64,000 nucleotides of DNA, from positions 11,899-75,898 of IMG/VR virus record IMGVR_UViG_3300048686_000449; one strand, written 5' to 3'. Shown one piece after another: positions 1 through 8,958 of this stretch. The notes under the pieces were generated by a model, which ran no database searches, was not told the origin of the DNA, and saw nothing but the letters and a program-made list of their open reading frames with translations. Within the stretch, counting starts at the first letter, position 1. Every line of letters starts with the position of its first letter. The DNA is from a virus. The position numbers and the translations under genes were made by a program.

Positions 1-90
1 AAGGCTAATCGAATAATCGCTGCCATTGAGAGACCATAGTGCGCCGAAAGCTGTAACAGCTTTTCATAGTCGGACACTTCCATCAATGTA

Positions 91-609
91 TCAAACTTTT
101 TGACGAGTCGTGCCACGCTTCTTCGTCTCCTTCACTGAAGTGTCAACTTTGGTTGCTTCCTTCAGATCAAAGGGTAATGTTGGGAAGGCTTCCTTAGCAA
201 CAGATGCCGTCAATCCATGAATACACTCTGGCACTTTCTTTTGTAGCAGGGCGCACAAAATCTTGGCTTCTTCTGGATGTAGATAGGACAGAATCTGCGT
301 CAAAATTGTTTGCTCTTTCTTTTCAGTTAACTTTGATACCCGTCTTGGATGCCCGTCTATAAAGATATATAACCGTGAAAGCTCTCCGTGTAAGTAGGTG
401 TCGTTCATTCCCGCTGGCATCAATGATGGTTTATATTTGGGAATTTGCGAAATATCAAACTTCACGGTAGGATTGAACGCGGCATTCAGGAATTCGGGCA
501 ACCGTGATCCGCCGCGCGACATTGCAAAGTTTCTCAAAATTATGATTTTCTCTTCTCGCGTCTTTGCAGACTGAAATTGTTCAAACACTTCATGATAGAG
601 TTGATACAT
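91..609 (-). CDS. conserved hypothetical T4-like phage protein
   Basis: ORF. ATG at 609 is preceded by GGAGG. Resembles a family conserved in cyanophage-like myoviruses. Confidence 0.6.
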   Translation of the reverse strand: MYQLYHEVFEQFQSAKTREEKIIILRNFAMSRGGSRLPEFLNAAFNPTVKFDISQIPKYKPSLMPAGMNDTYLHGELSRLYIFIDGHPRRVSKLTEKKEQTILTQILSYLHPEEAKILCALLQKKVPECIHGLTASVAKEAFPTLPFDLKEATKVDTSVKETKKRGTTRQKV

Positions 610-657
610 ATGACCTCCTAATAATATATTCACACAACCTACTGATATTTAGTGACC

Positions 658-2658
658 TCATTTACTCGTCGCCACATAGACGCCCGTCCAATTTGAAGGG
701 CATCCTGCAGATAATCGCTGTGTCATGATGGTATAATACTCTTTCAGTGTAGGATTTGATTGCGATAATCCATCAGCTAAGTGAAGAGCTTTTTTCCATT
801 CTCCCGAATAATACAAGTCTAAAAATTGTTGATGGACTGTATCATGTTCAGCTACGGTGTAAATATGAACACCCTGCTTCTTACCTTTCACAGCTAAACA
901 ATCAAGTTCTGTTACTGAGATTCGCGATTTCACTATCTCAGCAGTCTGTGGCCCAAGAATCAACTTGACCCCATATGATTTGCTCTGACCTTCCAATCGT
1001 GAGGCGAGATTGACCGCATCACCTAGACAGGTATAATCAAATCGTTGAGTGCTGCCCATGTTCCCGACAATCACAGATCCTGTATTGATGCCGATACCCA
1101 TGCCAAATGGTGGAACGCCTTCCGCAGCAATCTCCTCATTGAAACGATCCAAATCATGAAGCATTGTTTGGGCTGTCAGAACGGCATGATACGCATGATC
1201 CGCATCATTCAACGGTGCATTCCAGAAGGCCATCTGGGCATCTCCGATGTACTTATCTAATGTTCCCTGTTGAACGAGAATAGTTTCAGTCATGGCTGTC
1301 ATATACCGATTCATAATCTGCGTCAGCCCTTCAACATTCTCTCCATAATGTTCTGAGATCGTGGTGAATCCGCGTACATCAGTAAACATAATACTCAGTT
1401 CTCGTCGTTCACCACCCAAACGTAACAGCGCAGGATTTTGTTGGAGCTTCTCCACCATTGCAGGTGACAGATAAGTTCCAAATTGTTTTTTGATTTGTTG
1501 CTTTTGCAGAAACTCAGAGAGGAACTTGACGCCATACGCATGTAACGCAATCAGAATAAATCCTGCATCCAACATCGTAACATCAAGCAGCCATTTCTCT
1601 TTCGTATAGAACCAATAGGTGAATGCTGGCGCACTCAAAATCAGAAGAACTGTAAACCCGAGTCCCACATAGGTCCAGCGACTGAGCGCAATAATTAGAA
1701 GACCCCCCAGACACAGCAATGATAATTCAAGTCCCATGGCCCAATCGGGTCGTTGAATGGAGATGCCATTGATCAGAGTACCAATGACCGCTGCTTGGAC
1801 ATCGTGCGGCCACACTGATCCAAGACTGGTCGGCACAGGATTGGCCACGCCTGTCGCAGTGACACCCAGAATGACAATGGCACCGTTGAGATCGGGAATG
1901 GGATCAAGAAAAGAGTGTGTTTGAGCCGTCTGTGTCCAATCAATCCACACTCGTCCGAGTTCATCAGTCGCAATCGGTCCAAATTGAGGAATACGCAACT
2001 TCTCAATCCCGCCCGAGAATAACTTGACCTGAATCGTTGTATCATTAGCTAAGAGACGAAGAGTTTCCAGTGGCACCGAAGGATACAACACGCCCTGCGC
2101 ACTCGCGACTAATGGCATTCGACGAACCACACCATCAAGTTCGGGTAATGTATGAATCGTACCGACTCCAGCGGCAGCCGTTTCTAACAGAGGAATATTT
2201 GAGAGCATACCTGGATAAGTGATGAGTTGTGTGAGATATTCGGGATTGAGCACTACGCTTCCAGGGTAACGTGGTACATTCTTTTGTTCTTTGGCTGGCG
2301 CATTCACTAAGAGCACGGGATAACGATCCATCGTTTTTGCAAATAATTCATCACCATGATGTGGATCTGGGTCGGGCATCAAAATGGTGCTGATAACAAG
2401 TCCAGCACCGTGTGCATAGAGTTGTTGAATATACTCTGCATACACTGAGCGATTTAATGGATATTGCCCATAGCGAGTAATTGTCTGATCATCGATTTGA
2501 ATTGTATGAATCTGCGTGGCGACAGCAGGACCCGATGTCACCAATGTATCAAAGTATCGTAATCTGACTGATTCTAAAAATGATGGATCAGATTCACGAA
2601 CAGCAACCATTAAACATAATGTGAGAATTGCCCACCAGGGTGTTAACCAACGAATCAT
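658..2658 (-). CDS. CHASE2-domain class III adenylate cyclase
   Basis: N-terminal TM, CHASE2-like periplasmic region, three TM helices, then cyclase motifs MFTDVRGFT, DKYIGDAQMAFW and FDYTCLGDAVNLASRLE. K and D specificity residues indicate ATP. Confidence 0.92.
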   Translation of the reverse strand: MIRWLTPWWAILTLCLMVAVRESDPSFLESVRLRYFDTLVTSGPAVATQIHTIQIDDQTITRYGQYPLNRSVYAEYIQQLYAHGAGLVISTILMPDPDPHHGDELFAKTMDRYPVLLVNAPAKEQKNVPRYPGSVVLNPEYLTQLITYPGMLSNIPLLETAAAGVGTIHTLPELDGVVRRMPLVASAQGVLYPSVPLETLRLLANDTTIQVKLFSGGIEKLRIPQFGPIATDELGRVWIDWTQTAQTHSFLDPIPDLNGAIVILGVTATGVANPVPTSLGSVWPHDVQAAVIGTLINGISIQRPDWAMGLELSLLCLGGLLIIALSRWTYVGLGFTVLLILSAPAFTYWFYTKEKWLLDVTMLDAGFILIALHAYGVKFLSEFLQKQQIKKQFGTYLSPAMVEKLQQNPALLRLGGERRELSIMFTDVRGFTTISEHYGENVEGLTQIMNRYMTAMTETILVQQGTLDKYIGDAQMAFWNAPLNDADHAYHAVLTAQTMLHDLDRFNEEIAAEGVPPFGMGIGINTGSVIVGNMGSTQRFDYTCLGDAVNLASRLEGQSKSYGVKLILGPQTAEIVKSRISVTELDCLAVKGKKQGVHIYTVAEHDTVHQQFLDLYYSGEWKKALHLADGLSQSNPTLKEYYTIMTQRLSAGCPSNWTGVYVATSK

Positions 2659-2659
2659 A

Positions 2660-3334
2660 TTAGTGTTGAGTCACACTCGCCGAACAACCCGCAGGATTCA
2701 AACAATTTTGTGTTAACGAATAGGATTTATTCGTTGATCCACTCTGCGAGAGATTCAGTGAAGATGACCCCCCTCCATTTGTAAGTTCAATGATAGCTGT
2801 ATGCGATCCGCTCCCCGTTTGTGAGGAGGTCACGCTATTACCATTACCATTGAGTGTGACTGATAATGAATGATTCCCCGCATCTTGTTGGACCGCAGAG
2901 ATCATATTTGTATTACCATTAATGTTGAGAGTTTGAATTTTTGTCTTGGCATCTTTTTGCAACGCTGATACTTGATTGGCATTTCCTAAAATTGTTGTAT
3001 TGAGAATATGCCCCGAATCAACATCTCCCATATTAAATTGTGTGACATTGAGAATATTATCCACCCCATTTATATAAATGTTTGATGTGTGACCACCACT
3101 GTCTAACGCACCACCTTGGGTGACGTTAACACTATTTCCTTGATTATATAACTGAACCGACGCAGTTGACGAAGGAGTTTCTTGTGTTATGGTGATTATA
3201 TTGTTATCGCCGACTTGATCCACATACACTGAATTCTCTGCGAGTGCAGGAGGATTAACTATAAAAAGAATCGTCAAGATCCAGTTAGTTAGACTGACGA
3301 ATCGTAATTGTCGTGCTGCCGCCCTGATTAACAC
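2660..3334 (-). CDS. curlin-repeat protein (CsgB/CsgA-like), secreted
   Basis: Repeats of N-x-V/I-x-I/V-x-Q-x-G-x-x-N. Likely GTG start at 3334 after GGAG, giving a signal peptide ending PALA. C-terminal C-x5-C. Confidence 0.75.
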   Translation of the reverse strand: MLIRAAARQLRFVSLTNWILTILFIVNPPALAENSVYVDQVGDNNIITITQETPSSTASVQLYNQGNSVNVTQGGALDSGGHTSNIYINGVDNILNVTQFNMGDVDSGHILNTTILGNANQVSALQKDAKTKIQTLNINGNTNMISAVQQDAGNHSLSVTLNGNGNSVTSSQTGSGSHTAIIELTNGGGSSSLNLSQSGSTNKSYSLTQNCLNPAGCSASVTQH

Positions 3335-4418
3335 GGTTTGTAATCTCCACGCTACCTTGGATTTGAGTGATGGTACTATTTTGATTTGTAGGAGTCTGAA
3401 TACATTGAATATTAGACCCATCATTTCGGCATAATTCTACACTTGGTTCATCAATCGCCACAACAACTCCAGAAGATTTCACATAATCTGGTAAGAGTCC
3501 ACCTTTGGTACGAGCTAATGCATCCGCTTTTGCTGCGAGTTGTTCATTGATTTGATCAAGAATATTTTGTAAAAAGTCTTGATCTAATGAATTCTGTTCC
3601 AGCTTATTGACATACATTTTTTGAATTTCTTTATTTGATTGATCGAATGCATTCACGAGTCCTGTGGAAGCCAAAAAGTCAATATCTAATGCACCTTTGT
3701 TGAGATTCAATCGTGCGTCTTTTTTATCCTGTAGTTCCTGTGGTGGAGCAAATAGAATCATATTATGAATCGCATCTTCGCTGAGATTGAGAATGACGGG
3801 TGATTTGGGTTTTGTTTCTTTAGTCTCCACACGTGTGGCTTGAAATGCTTGATTCATTACAACAATACCTTCCGATGTCTCTACAGAGATTTCACCCACC
3901 TTACAATCACGTTCAATTGAGATCCAGCCACGTGGACAACTGGGTAACAAGATAATCGTGCTGCGTCCCAATTCATCAACTGATGCAGTAAAATCCGTCC
4001 CGCGCACACCGATTGTTGCTGTGGGAGTCGTAATCGCTACAGCTTGAGGATTGCGTTTCGCAATTGCTCCAGAGGCATATCGTACTGTTCCAAGTGCCAC
4101 TTTCATCGCTAATTTTCCACCAGTAGATGATTTTGGATCATAGACAAACTCATCAATGACTAATCGTGAATTATCAGTTACCTGTACTTTAGTTTGATCG
4201 TCAAAGACAATTCCGATTTTTCCTTGCGCAGTACGAATCGCATCCATCATCTCAACTCCACTACCCTTCTTCCCCTCTAAAAATTGGGTTGAGCGTTTAA
4301 TTTGCGCGGGTTGATTGATTTGTTCTGTAATCGTTCCGATGGACGCACTGACCATCACTGGAACAGTCAGTGCGATCCACAGATTAATTATGAGAATTGA
4401 TACTAAGTGTATTCCCAT
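3285..4418 (-). CDS. FecR-domain protein, secreted/periplasmic
   Basis: Signal peptide. FecR motifs DAIRT, F.DQT.V.V..NS.L.IDEF and ITTPTATIGVRGTDF. Confidence 0.85.
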   Translation of the reverse strand: MGIHLVSILIINLWIALTVPVMVSASIGTITEQINQPAQIKRSTQFLEGKKGSGVEMMDAIRTAQGKIGIVFDDQTKVQVTDNSRLVIDEFVYDPKSSTGGKLAMKVALGTVRYASGAIAKRNPQAVAITTPTATIGVRGTDFTASVDELGRSTIILLPSCPRGWISIERDCKVGEISVETSEGIVVMNQAFQATRVETKETKPKSPVILNLSEDAIHNMILFAPPQELQDKKDARLNLNKGALDIDFLASTGLVNAFDQSNKEIQKMYVNKLEQNSLDQDFLQNILDQINEQLAAKADALARTKGGLLPDYVKSSGVVVAIDEPSVELCRNDGSNIQCIQTPTNQNSTITQIQGSVEITNRVNQGGSTTITIRQSN

Positions 4419-5157
4419 TTCCAACCGATGTAATAGCGACATGGGTATCAATAGTGCCGCTTTGTGTAATGGTTGCGCTGTTACTAGATCCCGTCACACT
4501 TAATTCAGTCGTATGACCTGTCGTTCCTGCGGTGCCGCTTTGCGTTAAAGAGACGGTATTACTCGCACCCACTGTCGTGATGGTACTGGTACCTTTATTA
4601 CTTGTGAGATTAAGTGTTGCGCTGTTACTCGCACCACCCGTCATTGATGTAGTATTAGTAATATTCGTTCCTGCAATAGTGGCTGAAAGTGTTTGATTAT
4701 TACCACCCGTTTGTGTAGCAGTTAACGAGTTACTGGTACCAGTCATTGTCACGTTAGTTGAAGCATAGTTTCCTCCTTGCGTGATGGCTACTGTATTCTC
4801 ATCAGAGATAGAGGATCCATCGTTGTTCATATTAATGGTAGCTGAACCGTTACTTCCTGTAACTTCATATGTCATTGAGTTTGAATCACCCAACCCACCA
4901 TTAATACCTAAATTCAGTTGGTTTCCTGTACCCGTTTGGGTCACAGAAACTGTTGTATCTGATCCATAAATTTTAGCTTTGGTATCACTAGCGGCTCCAA
5001 TTCCCTTGACTGTATTTGTTGAACCATTCTGTTCAATCGTAATCGTCGAGGTCGATCCGATTTGATCAATATAAACTCCATTATCTCCAGCCCACGCTGT
5101 CACTCCAATCATACATGATAACAGCAGCGTGAAGATAAAATGACTGAAACGTTTCAT
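4384..5157 (-). CDS. curlin-repeat protein (CsgA/CsgB-like), secreted
   Basis: Signal peptide ending AWA. Thr/Ser/Gly/Asn-rich repeats such as NTVAITQGGN, NTVSLTQSGT and NSATITQSGT. Directly downstream of csgG. Confidence 0.8.
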   Translation of the reverse strand: MKRFSHFIFTLLLSCMIGVTAWAGDNGVYIDQIGSTSTITIEQNGSTNTVKGIGAASDTKAKIYGSDTTVSVTQTGTGNQLNLGINGGLGDSNSMTYEVTGSNGSATINMNNDGSSISDENTVAITQGGNYASTNVTMTGTSNSLTATQTGGNNQTLSATIAGTNITNTTSMTGGASNSATLNLTSNKGTSTITTVGASNTVSLTQSGTAGTTGHTTELSVTGSSNSATITQSGTIDTHVAITSVGNGNTLSINSHN

Positions 5158-5981
5158 TGATCCTCCTGTGGGGTAATTGAATCAGGGGGATTCCCCCAAA
5201 TTCCCTTTCGTGTTCCTTCCTTAATAAGTTCTAATACAGCAGCTTCAATAGTATATTTGACGGCAAATGTACCAGGCTCATTGACAGTCAATCCGATTTC
5301 TCCTTCAAATGCTTTTGTTCCTTGATCAAAAAACTTTAATGCAGTCGCATGATCGGCCACTGAGAGTAAGTTTTTTTGTACATTTACTGATGCTAACACT
5401 TTCCCTGTTGACACTGATACAACACGCAAACTGACGGTCACGACATCTTCTGAAAATTGTGTAGATCCGCCGACCCCTAAGTATCTCGCCCCAATCCCAC
5501 CACTTTTGGTCGTTGTATCATAACCAATGACTCCACCTTCAATTAAAATTCCAGCAAATAATAATGGTTGAAGTGGTTTTGAACTAGTCCCTTCATAGGC
5601 ATCGCGCATCTGACGAATCAATTGACGTTCTCGTGTCAATCCATCGACGCCAATACGTTCTAATACTGTGAACCATTCACCTCTTCCTACATCTTGCAGA
5701 GCTTTAATTAAAAAGACTTCAGCTCCTTGGGTCAATGCAGTGCTAAATGATGCCATGTTATTGGAGGGTCGTCGTTGTCCCGTTTTATCTAAAAATGAAT
5801 ACACCGCCACCGTAATTGGTTTGCCCATTGGTGGACCAGTGATACTATCAAACTCGCGTTGTAATAAATTTTTCGTCACTTCTGGTTTTTGGGGTAATTG
5901 ATCGACCAAGACTGCGCATCCTGTCATCAACCAGAGATGCAGGATAATCATCAGCGTGAGTATAATTGAGAGAATATTCAT
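5154..5981 (-). CDS. csgG: curli secretion channel lipoprotein CsgG
   Basis: Lipobox LMTGC. Motifs VAVYSFLDKTGQR, FSTALTQG, WFTVLER, LTRERQLIR, EGGVIGYD and GARYLGVG. Confidence 0.93.
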   Translation of the reverse strand: MNILSIILTLMIILHLWLMTGCAVLVDQLPQKPEVTKNLLQREFDSITGPPMGKPITVAVYSFLDKTGQRRPSNNMASFSTALTQGAEVFLIKALQDVGRGEWFTVLERIGVDGLTRERQLIRQMRDAYEGTSSKPLQPLLFAGILIEGGVIGYDTTTKSGGIGARYLGVGGSTQFSEDVVTVSLRVVSVSTGKVLASVNVQKNLLSVADHATALKFFDQGTKAFEGEIGLTVNEPGTFAVKYTIEAAVLELIKEGTRKGIWGNPPDSITPQEDQ

Positions 5982-6433
5982 TAGAATTGAAAACTTCCCA
6001 ATGGAATCGTGACCACCGTGCGAGTCCCATTGGTGTCAATCGTAGTAAGTTGAATATTTGTGCCATCTTTAATCCACGAAATCGTATTTCCCTCAAACAC
6101 CAAGGTGCCTTGATTTGTCCCACCATTGGCAAACATGGCTGTAGCCAAATTTTGGGAGATTTGTGCGTAAATACGACTTTCCAGGTTATTGAGAAACTTG
6201 GAGAGATTGGTATTGTTGGATTCAGCTTTGGCTTTATCCAAGGCTGCTTGAATCTCAGCTTTGAGTTTATCACGACGAGTAGCTTCAAGATTCTCAATCG
6301 TCAGGGTATGACTGGAGTACCCTATACCATTGAATGCAGGACTAAGAAACTTGAAATCTTCAATAGGAGCAGCAAAAGAGAAATAAGGAAAGAGTAGCAA
6401 GAGAAGTATAACAATAGTGCGGGGGGATAACAT
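5981..6433 (-). CDS. csgF: curli assembly protein CsgF
   Basis: Signal peptide followed by F.F.SPAF.G. Also FLNNLESRI and C-terminal GTRTVVTIP. Adjacent to csgG. Confidence 0.85.
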   Translation of the reverse strand: MLSPRTIVILLLLLFPYFSFAAPIEDFKFLSPAFNGIGYSSHTLTIENLEATRRDKLKAEIQAALDKAKAESNNTNLSKFLNNLESRIYAQISQNLATAMFANGGTNQGTLVFEGNTISWIKDGTNIQLTTIDTNGTRTVVTIPLGSFQF

Positions 6434-6479
6434 CGAGAACTCCTTATGTTATCATCATATTTGAAAACCTCACGCTCGG

Positions 6480-6731
6480 TTATTGCTCATTGTGTTTTTG
6501 TTTTTTCAATTCTAAAACAACATTGACTTTTTGATGAAGACGAATCAAATCATTATCAAGCATTCTAACTCGGTCAATCAACCCAACTAATGTCTTTTTC
6601 GTTTCATTAAGTACGGGTTCAATAGTTTCGGTCACCCAAGTCCAGACATACCAAATCATATAGAACATCCCACCTGCTGCCACGATGGGGAATCCATATT
6701 TATTGATAAGTTCGACTGGATTAGTTTCCAT
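6480..6731 (-). CDS. small membrane protein with coiled-coil tail (YvrJ/holin-like)
   Basis: GFPIVAA TM helix followed by a coiled coil. Paralog of the upstream ORF. Confidence 0.6.
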   Translation of the reverse strand: METNPVELINKYGFPIVAAGGMFYMIWYVWTWVTETIEPVLNETKKTLVGLIDRVRMLDNDLIRLHQKVNVVLELKKQKHNEQ

Positions 6732-7009
6732 TAGTCTTTCCGAGCATCTTCTTTTCCATCAGATCGCGATAAACGATCTAGATCTGGTTGTAAGCGTAAC
6801 GCATGGGAAATTAATGTATCAATTCGAACAATATCAGAGTTCATCGTTTTGACGCGGTTATCAAGTGCCATAATGATGCCTCGCATACTCTCAATCGTTT
6901 GCTGAACGCCTTCAAGAAGAATCTTGATTGTCAAGAAAACAAAGTATCCAGCCCCACATGCAGCAGCAATTGGGAATCCAACTTCCAGTAATGTCAGAAA
7001 CAGTTCCAT
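6731..7009 (-). CDS. small membrane protein with coiled-coil tail (YvrJ/holin-like)
   Basis: GFPIAAA TM helix followed by a coiled coil. Its stop abuts the next start. Confidence 0.6.
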   Translation of the reverse strand: MELFLTLLEVGFPIAAACGAGYFVFLTIKILLEGVQQTIESMRGIIMALDNRVKTMNSDIVRIDTLISHALRLQPDLDRLSRSDGKEDARKD

Positions 7010-7014
7010 AAGAG

Positions 7015-7022
7015 TATTTATA
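7015..7022 (-). promoter_or_regulatory. T4-type late promoter TATAAATA driving the curli operon
   Basis: Exact TATAAATA 5 nt upstream of the ATG at 7009. Confidence 0.7.
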
Positions 7023-7040
7023 GTCTACTAGAACTACCAA

Positions 7041-7220
7041 TTACCGCACAGATTCGCTTCCGTAAGGAATTGATGGTTCTCCCTCGCAAAGTCCGCTGTG
7101 TACACAGAGATGAGATTCCAGAGATTCATCTTCATCTTTCATCACGAAACAATGAAGAACAATCAAAAGCACAAATGATATGACAATCACACCTGAAATT
7201 AATAGTAGTTTTTTAATCAT
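7041..7220 (-). CDS. small membrane protein
   Basis: Hydrophobic N-terminus. AGGAG Shine-Dalgarno. Confidence 0.5.
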   Translation of the reverse strand: MIKKLLLISGVIVISFVLLIVLHCFVMKDEDESLESHLCVHSGLCEGEPSIPYGSESVR

Positions 7221-7228
7221 AAATTCTC

Positions 7229-8077
7229 CTAAAATTCTTGAATACATTCTACTAACCTGGTACATTTACAAGCAATCAAATATGACAAGAACTCTTGCAT
7301 GGTGGCGGGTTTGATGCGTTCAAAGGCTTCCTGAATCTGTGTTGCTACAGAGTCAGGAATCTTAGATAAATCAATTAATTGTTCATTTCGTTTATAATTA
7401 CGCAACAGATCAGAGGAGAGCGCACTGACAGGCTGTTCCATCATCTCTGCTAAACGCTTTTGTGTCATTGGCTTCTGTCTGGTTCCCTTCACAAACGTAT
7501 CATCGGCTGAGAGAATATTAGGAATCCCATCACCCTTATCACCCGTCAGAATGAGTTCCTTGAGATATTCTTGAGGGTGTGTTTTACCAATCATTGTCTT
7601 TTTAGCGGGGGAATACTGAACCACTCGCGTACCATATGTATGAAGCTGAATAAAGTCTTTGTCAGATGAGACAATCAGAATTGGTTCATGAGGGGCATAC
7701 TTTATGGTTAATATTCCAATGATGTCATCAGCTTCAACTCCATCTAAACGAATCGTTCGATAGGGAAGTGACGCAGGGAACTCAGTCTTCAATGGTTCCA
7801 GAAGTTCAAACACTTTAGACCAATCTTGGCCCGATGATTCACGCTGTTCCTTGCGCTTATACTTGTAATGCGGAAACACATTTTTTCTCCAATAATTGCG
7901 ACCATCCATCGCAATGACTACCTCGGGTCCAAAGGTGCCTTTATGACGGGCGGTGATCGCTCTGATACTATTGAGTATCAAATGTCGGAGAAGATCCGTG
8001 CTCGGCGTCTCTCTCAGAGAGGTCGTCATTTCTAATGCGCAGGAAAATGCCACTCCACTATAATCAAATAGAATCAT
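7229..8077 (-). CDS. rnh: T4-like RNase H (5'-3' exonuclease, FEN family)
   Basis: Motifs ILFDYS, YWRK..FPHYK..R, EADDIIG, SSDKDFIQL and GDKGDGIPN. Confidence 0.93.
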   Translation of the reverse strand: MILFDYSGVAFSCALEMTTSLRETPSTDLLRHLILNSIRAITARHKGTFGPEVVIAMDGRNYWRKNVFPHYKYKRKEQRESSGQDWSKVFELLEPLKTEFPASLPYRTIRLDGVEADDIIGILTIKYAPHEPILIVSSDKDFIQLHTYGTRVVQYSPAKKTMIGKTHPQEYLKELILTGDKGDGIPNILSADDTFVKGTRQKPMTQKRLAEMMEQPVSALSSDLLRNYKRNEQLIDLSKIPDSVATQIQEAFERIKPATMQEFLSYLIACKCTRLVECIQEF

Positions 8078-8337
8078 AACGAAGACTCCTTCTTATCAGA
8101 TACAGGTTTGAATGGGGTAGCTTCTTTGCGCATTTCTCGTTCAATGCGCGAACGTAACACCAAAAACACATGATCAGGCACCTTCTGCCCACAATCACGA
8201 ATGTTGATCAGAATATCGACTGCTTCAGTAGCAGAACAATTATACCAACTATTCTCCATGCCATCATGGATATTATACCCGTAGTCAGTGGCGTAGGCAA
8301 AAACATCACAATTATTGGACCAACGACAGAGTGCCAT
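8074..8337 (-). CDS. hypothetical protein
   Basis: ORF tightly coupled to its neighbours. Confidence 0.5.
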   Translation of the reverse strand: MALCRWSNNCDVFAYATDYGYNIHDGMENSWYNCSATEAVDILINIRDCGQKVPDHVFLVLRSRIEREMRKEATPFKPVSDKKESSL

Positions 8338-8339
8338 TC

Positions 8340-8957
8340 TCAAACCTCACAATGCGTTTCTTTCCACTTCAAAGACTTTTCTAATTCTTTATCAAAAATC
8401 ATCAGGAACCGATGTTTTCGAGTACGATCTCTCCATTCACCTTCCAATCCCTTGACAGAACCACGTGAATGCTTGGTGCCATCCGCATAGTAGAAATCTT
8501 TCTTAGGATCGGTGAGTCCATAATATTTGAAATTACATGCACGATAAATCGTTCCAGTATGGCGAGAACTATCCGCATAACTCAGAATCACTCGAACATC
8601 CGATTCACTACGAAATTTACGAATACAACGACTCACGAACCATGAGGTGATATTGTATTCCGTCTGCTGTAATTCTGGATGAACACAGAGACGTGAGAGT
8701 TCATAGAGTCCTTCTTGTTGATCTCGTCGAAGACCAAAAGCCCCGACCGCTATTTCTGGCACGGGAATTTTTGTAAAGATACAGACTCCTAGACATTCTC
8801 CCACGTGTAGAATATCAGTGACGGCATTTCGATATAAGCCATATGAGTAGGGACTAAACTTGAAATCTTTCGATTCATCTTTGAGGTAATGGAAGGTGGT
8901 CAGTAGACCCTTGACCTCAGACTTTTTCACATTATCAATAAAGAACTCAGACTTCAT
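8340..8957 (-). CDS. Mom-like GNAT-fold DNA modification protein
   Basis: Motifs FHYL, ELSRLC, SWFVSRC, ILSYAD and HTGTIYRACNF. Confidence 0.75.
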   Translation of the reverse strand: MKSEFFIDNVKKSEVKGLLTTFHYLKDESKDFKFSPYSYGLYRNAVTDILHVGECLGVCIFTKIPVPEIAVGAFGLRRDQQEGLYELSRLCVHPELQQTEYNITSWFVSRCIRKFRSESDVRVILSYADSSRHTGTIYRACNFKYYGLTDPKKDFYYADGTKHSRGSVKGLEGEWRDRTRKHRFLMIFDKELEKSLKWKETHCEV

Positions 8958-8958
8958 A

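Noticed and set aside
5848-6397. Alternative ORFs 5848-6297 (-) and 5966-6397 (+)
   Set aside because: They overlap csgF/csgG, which have clear family motifs.
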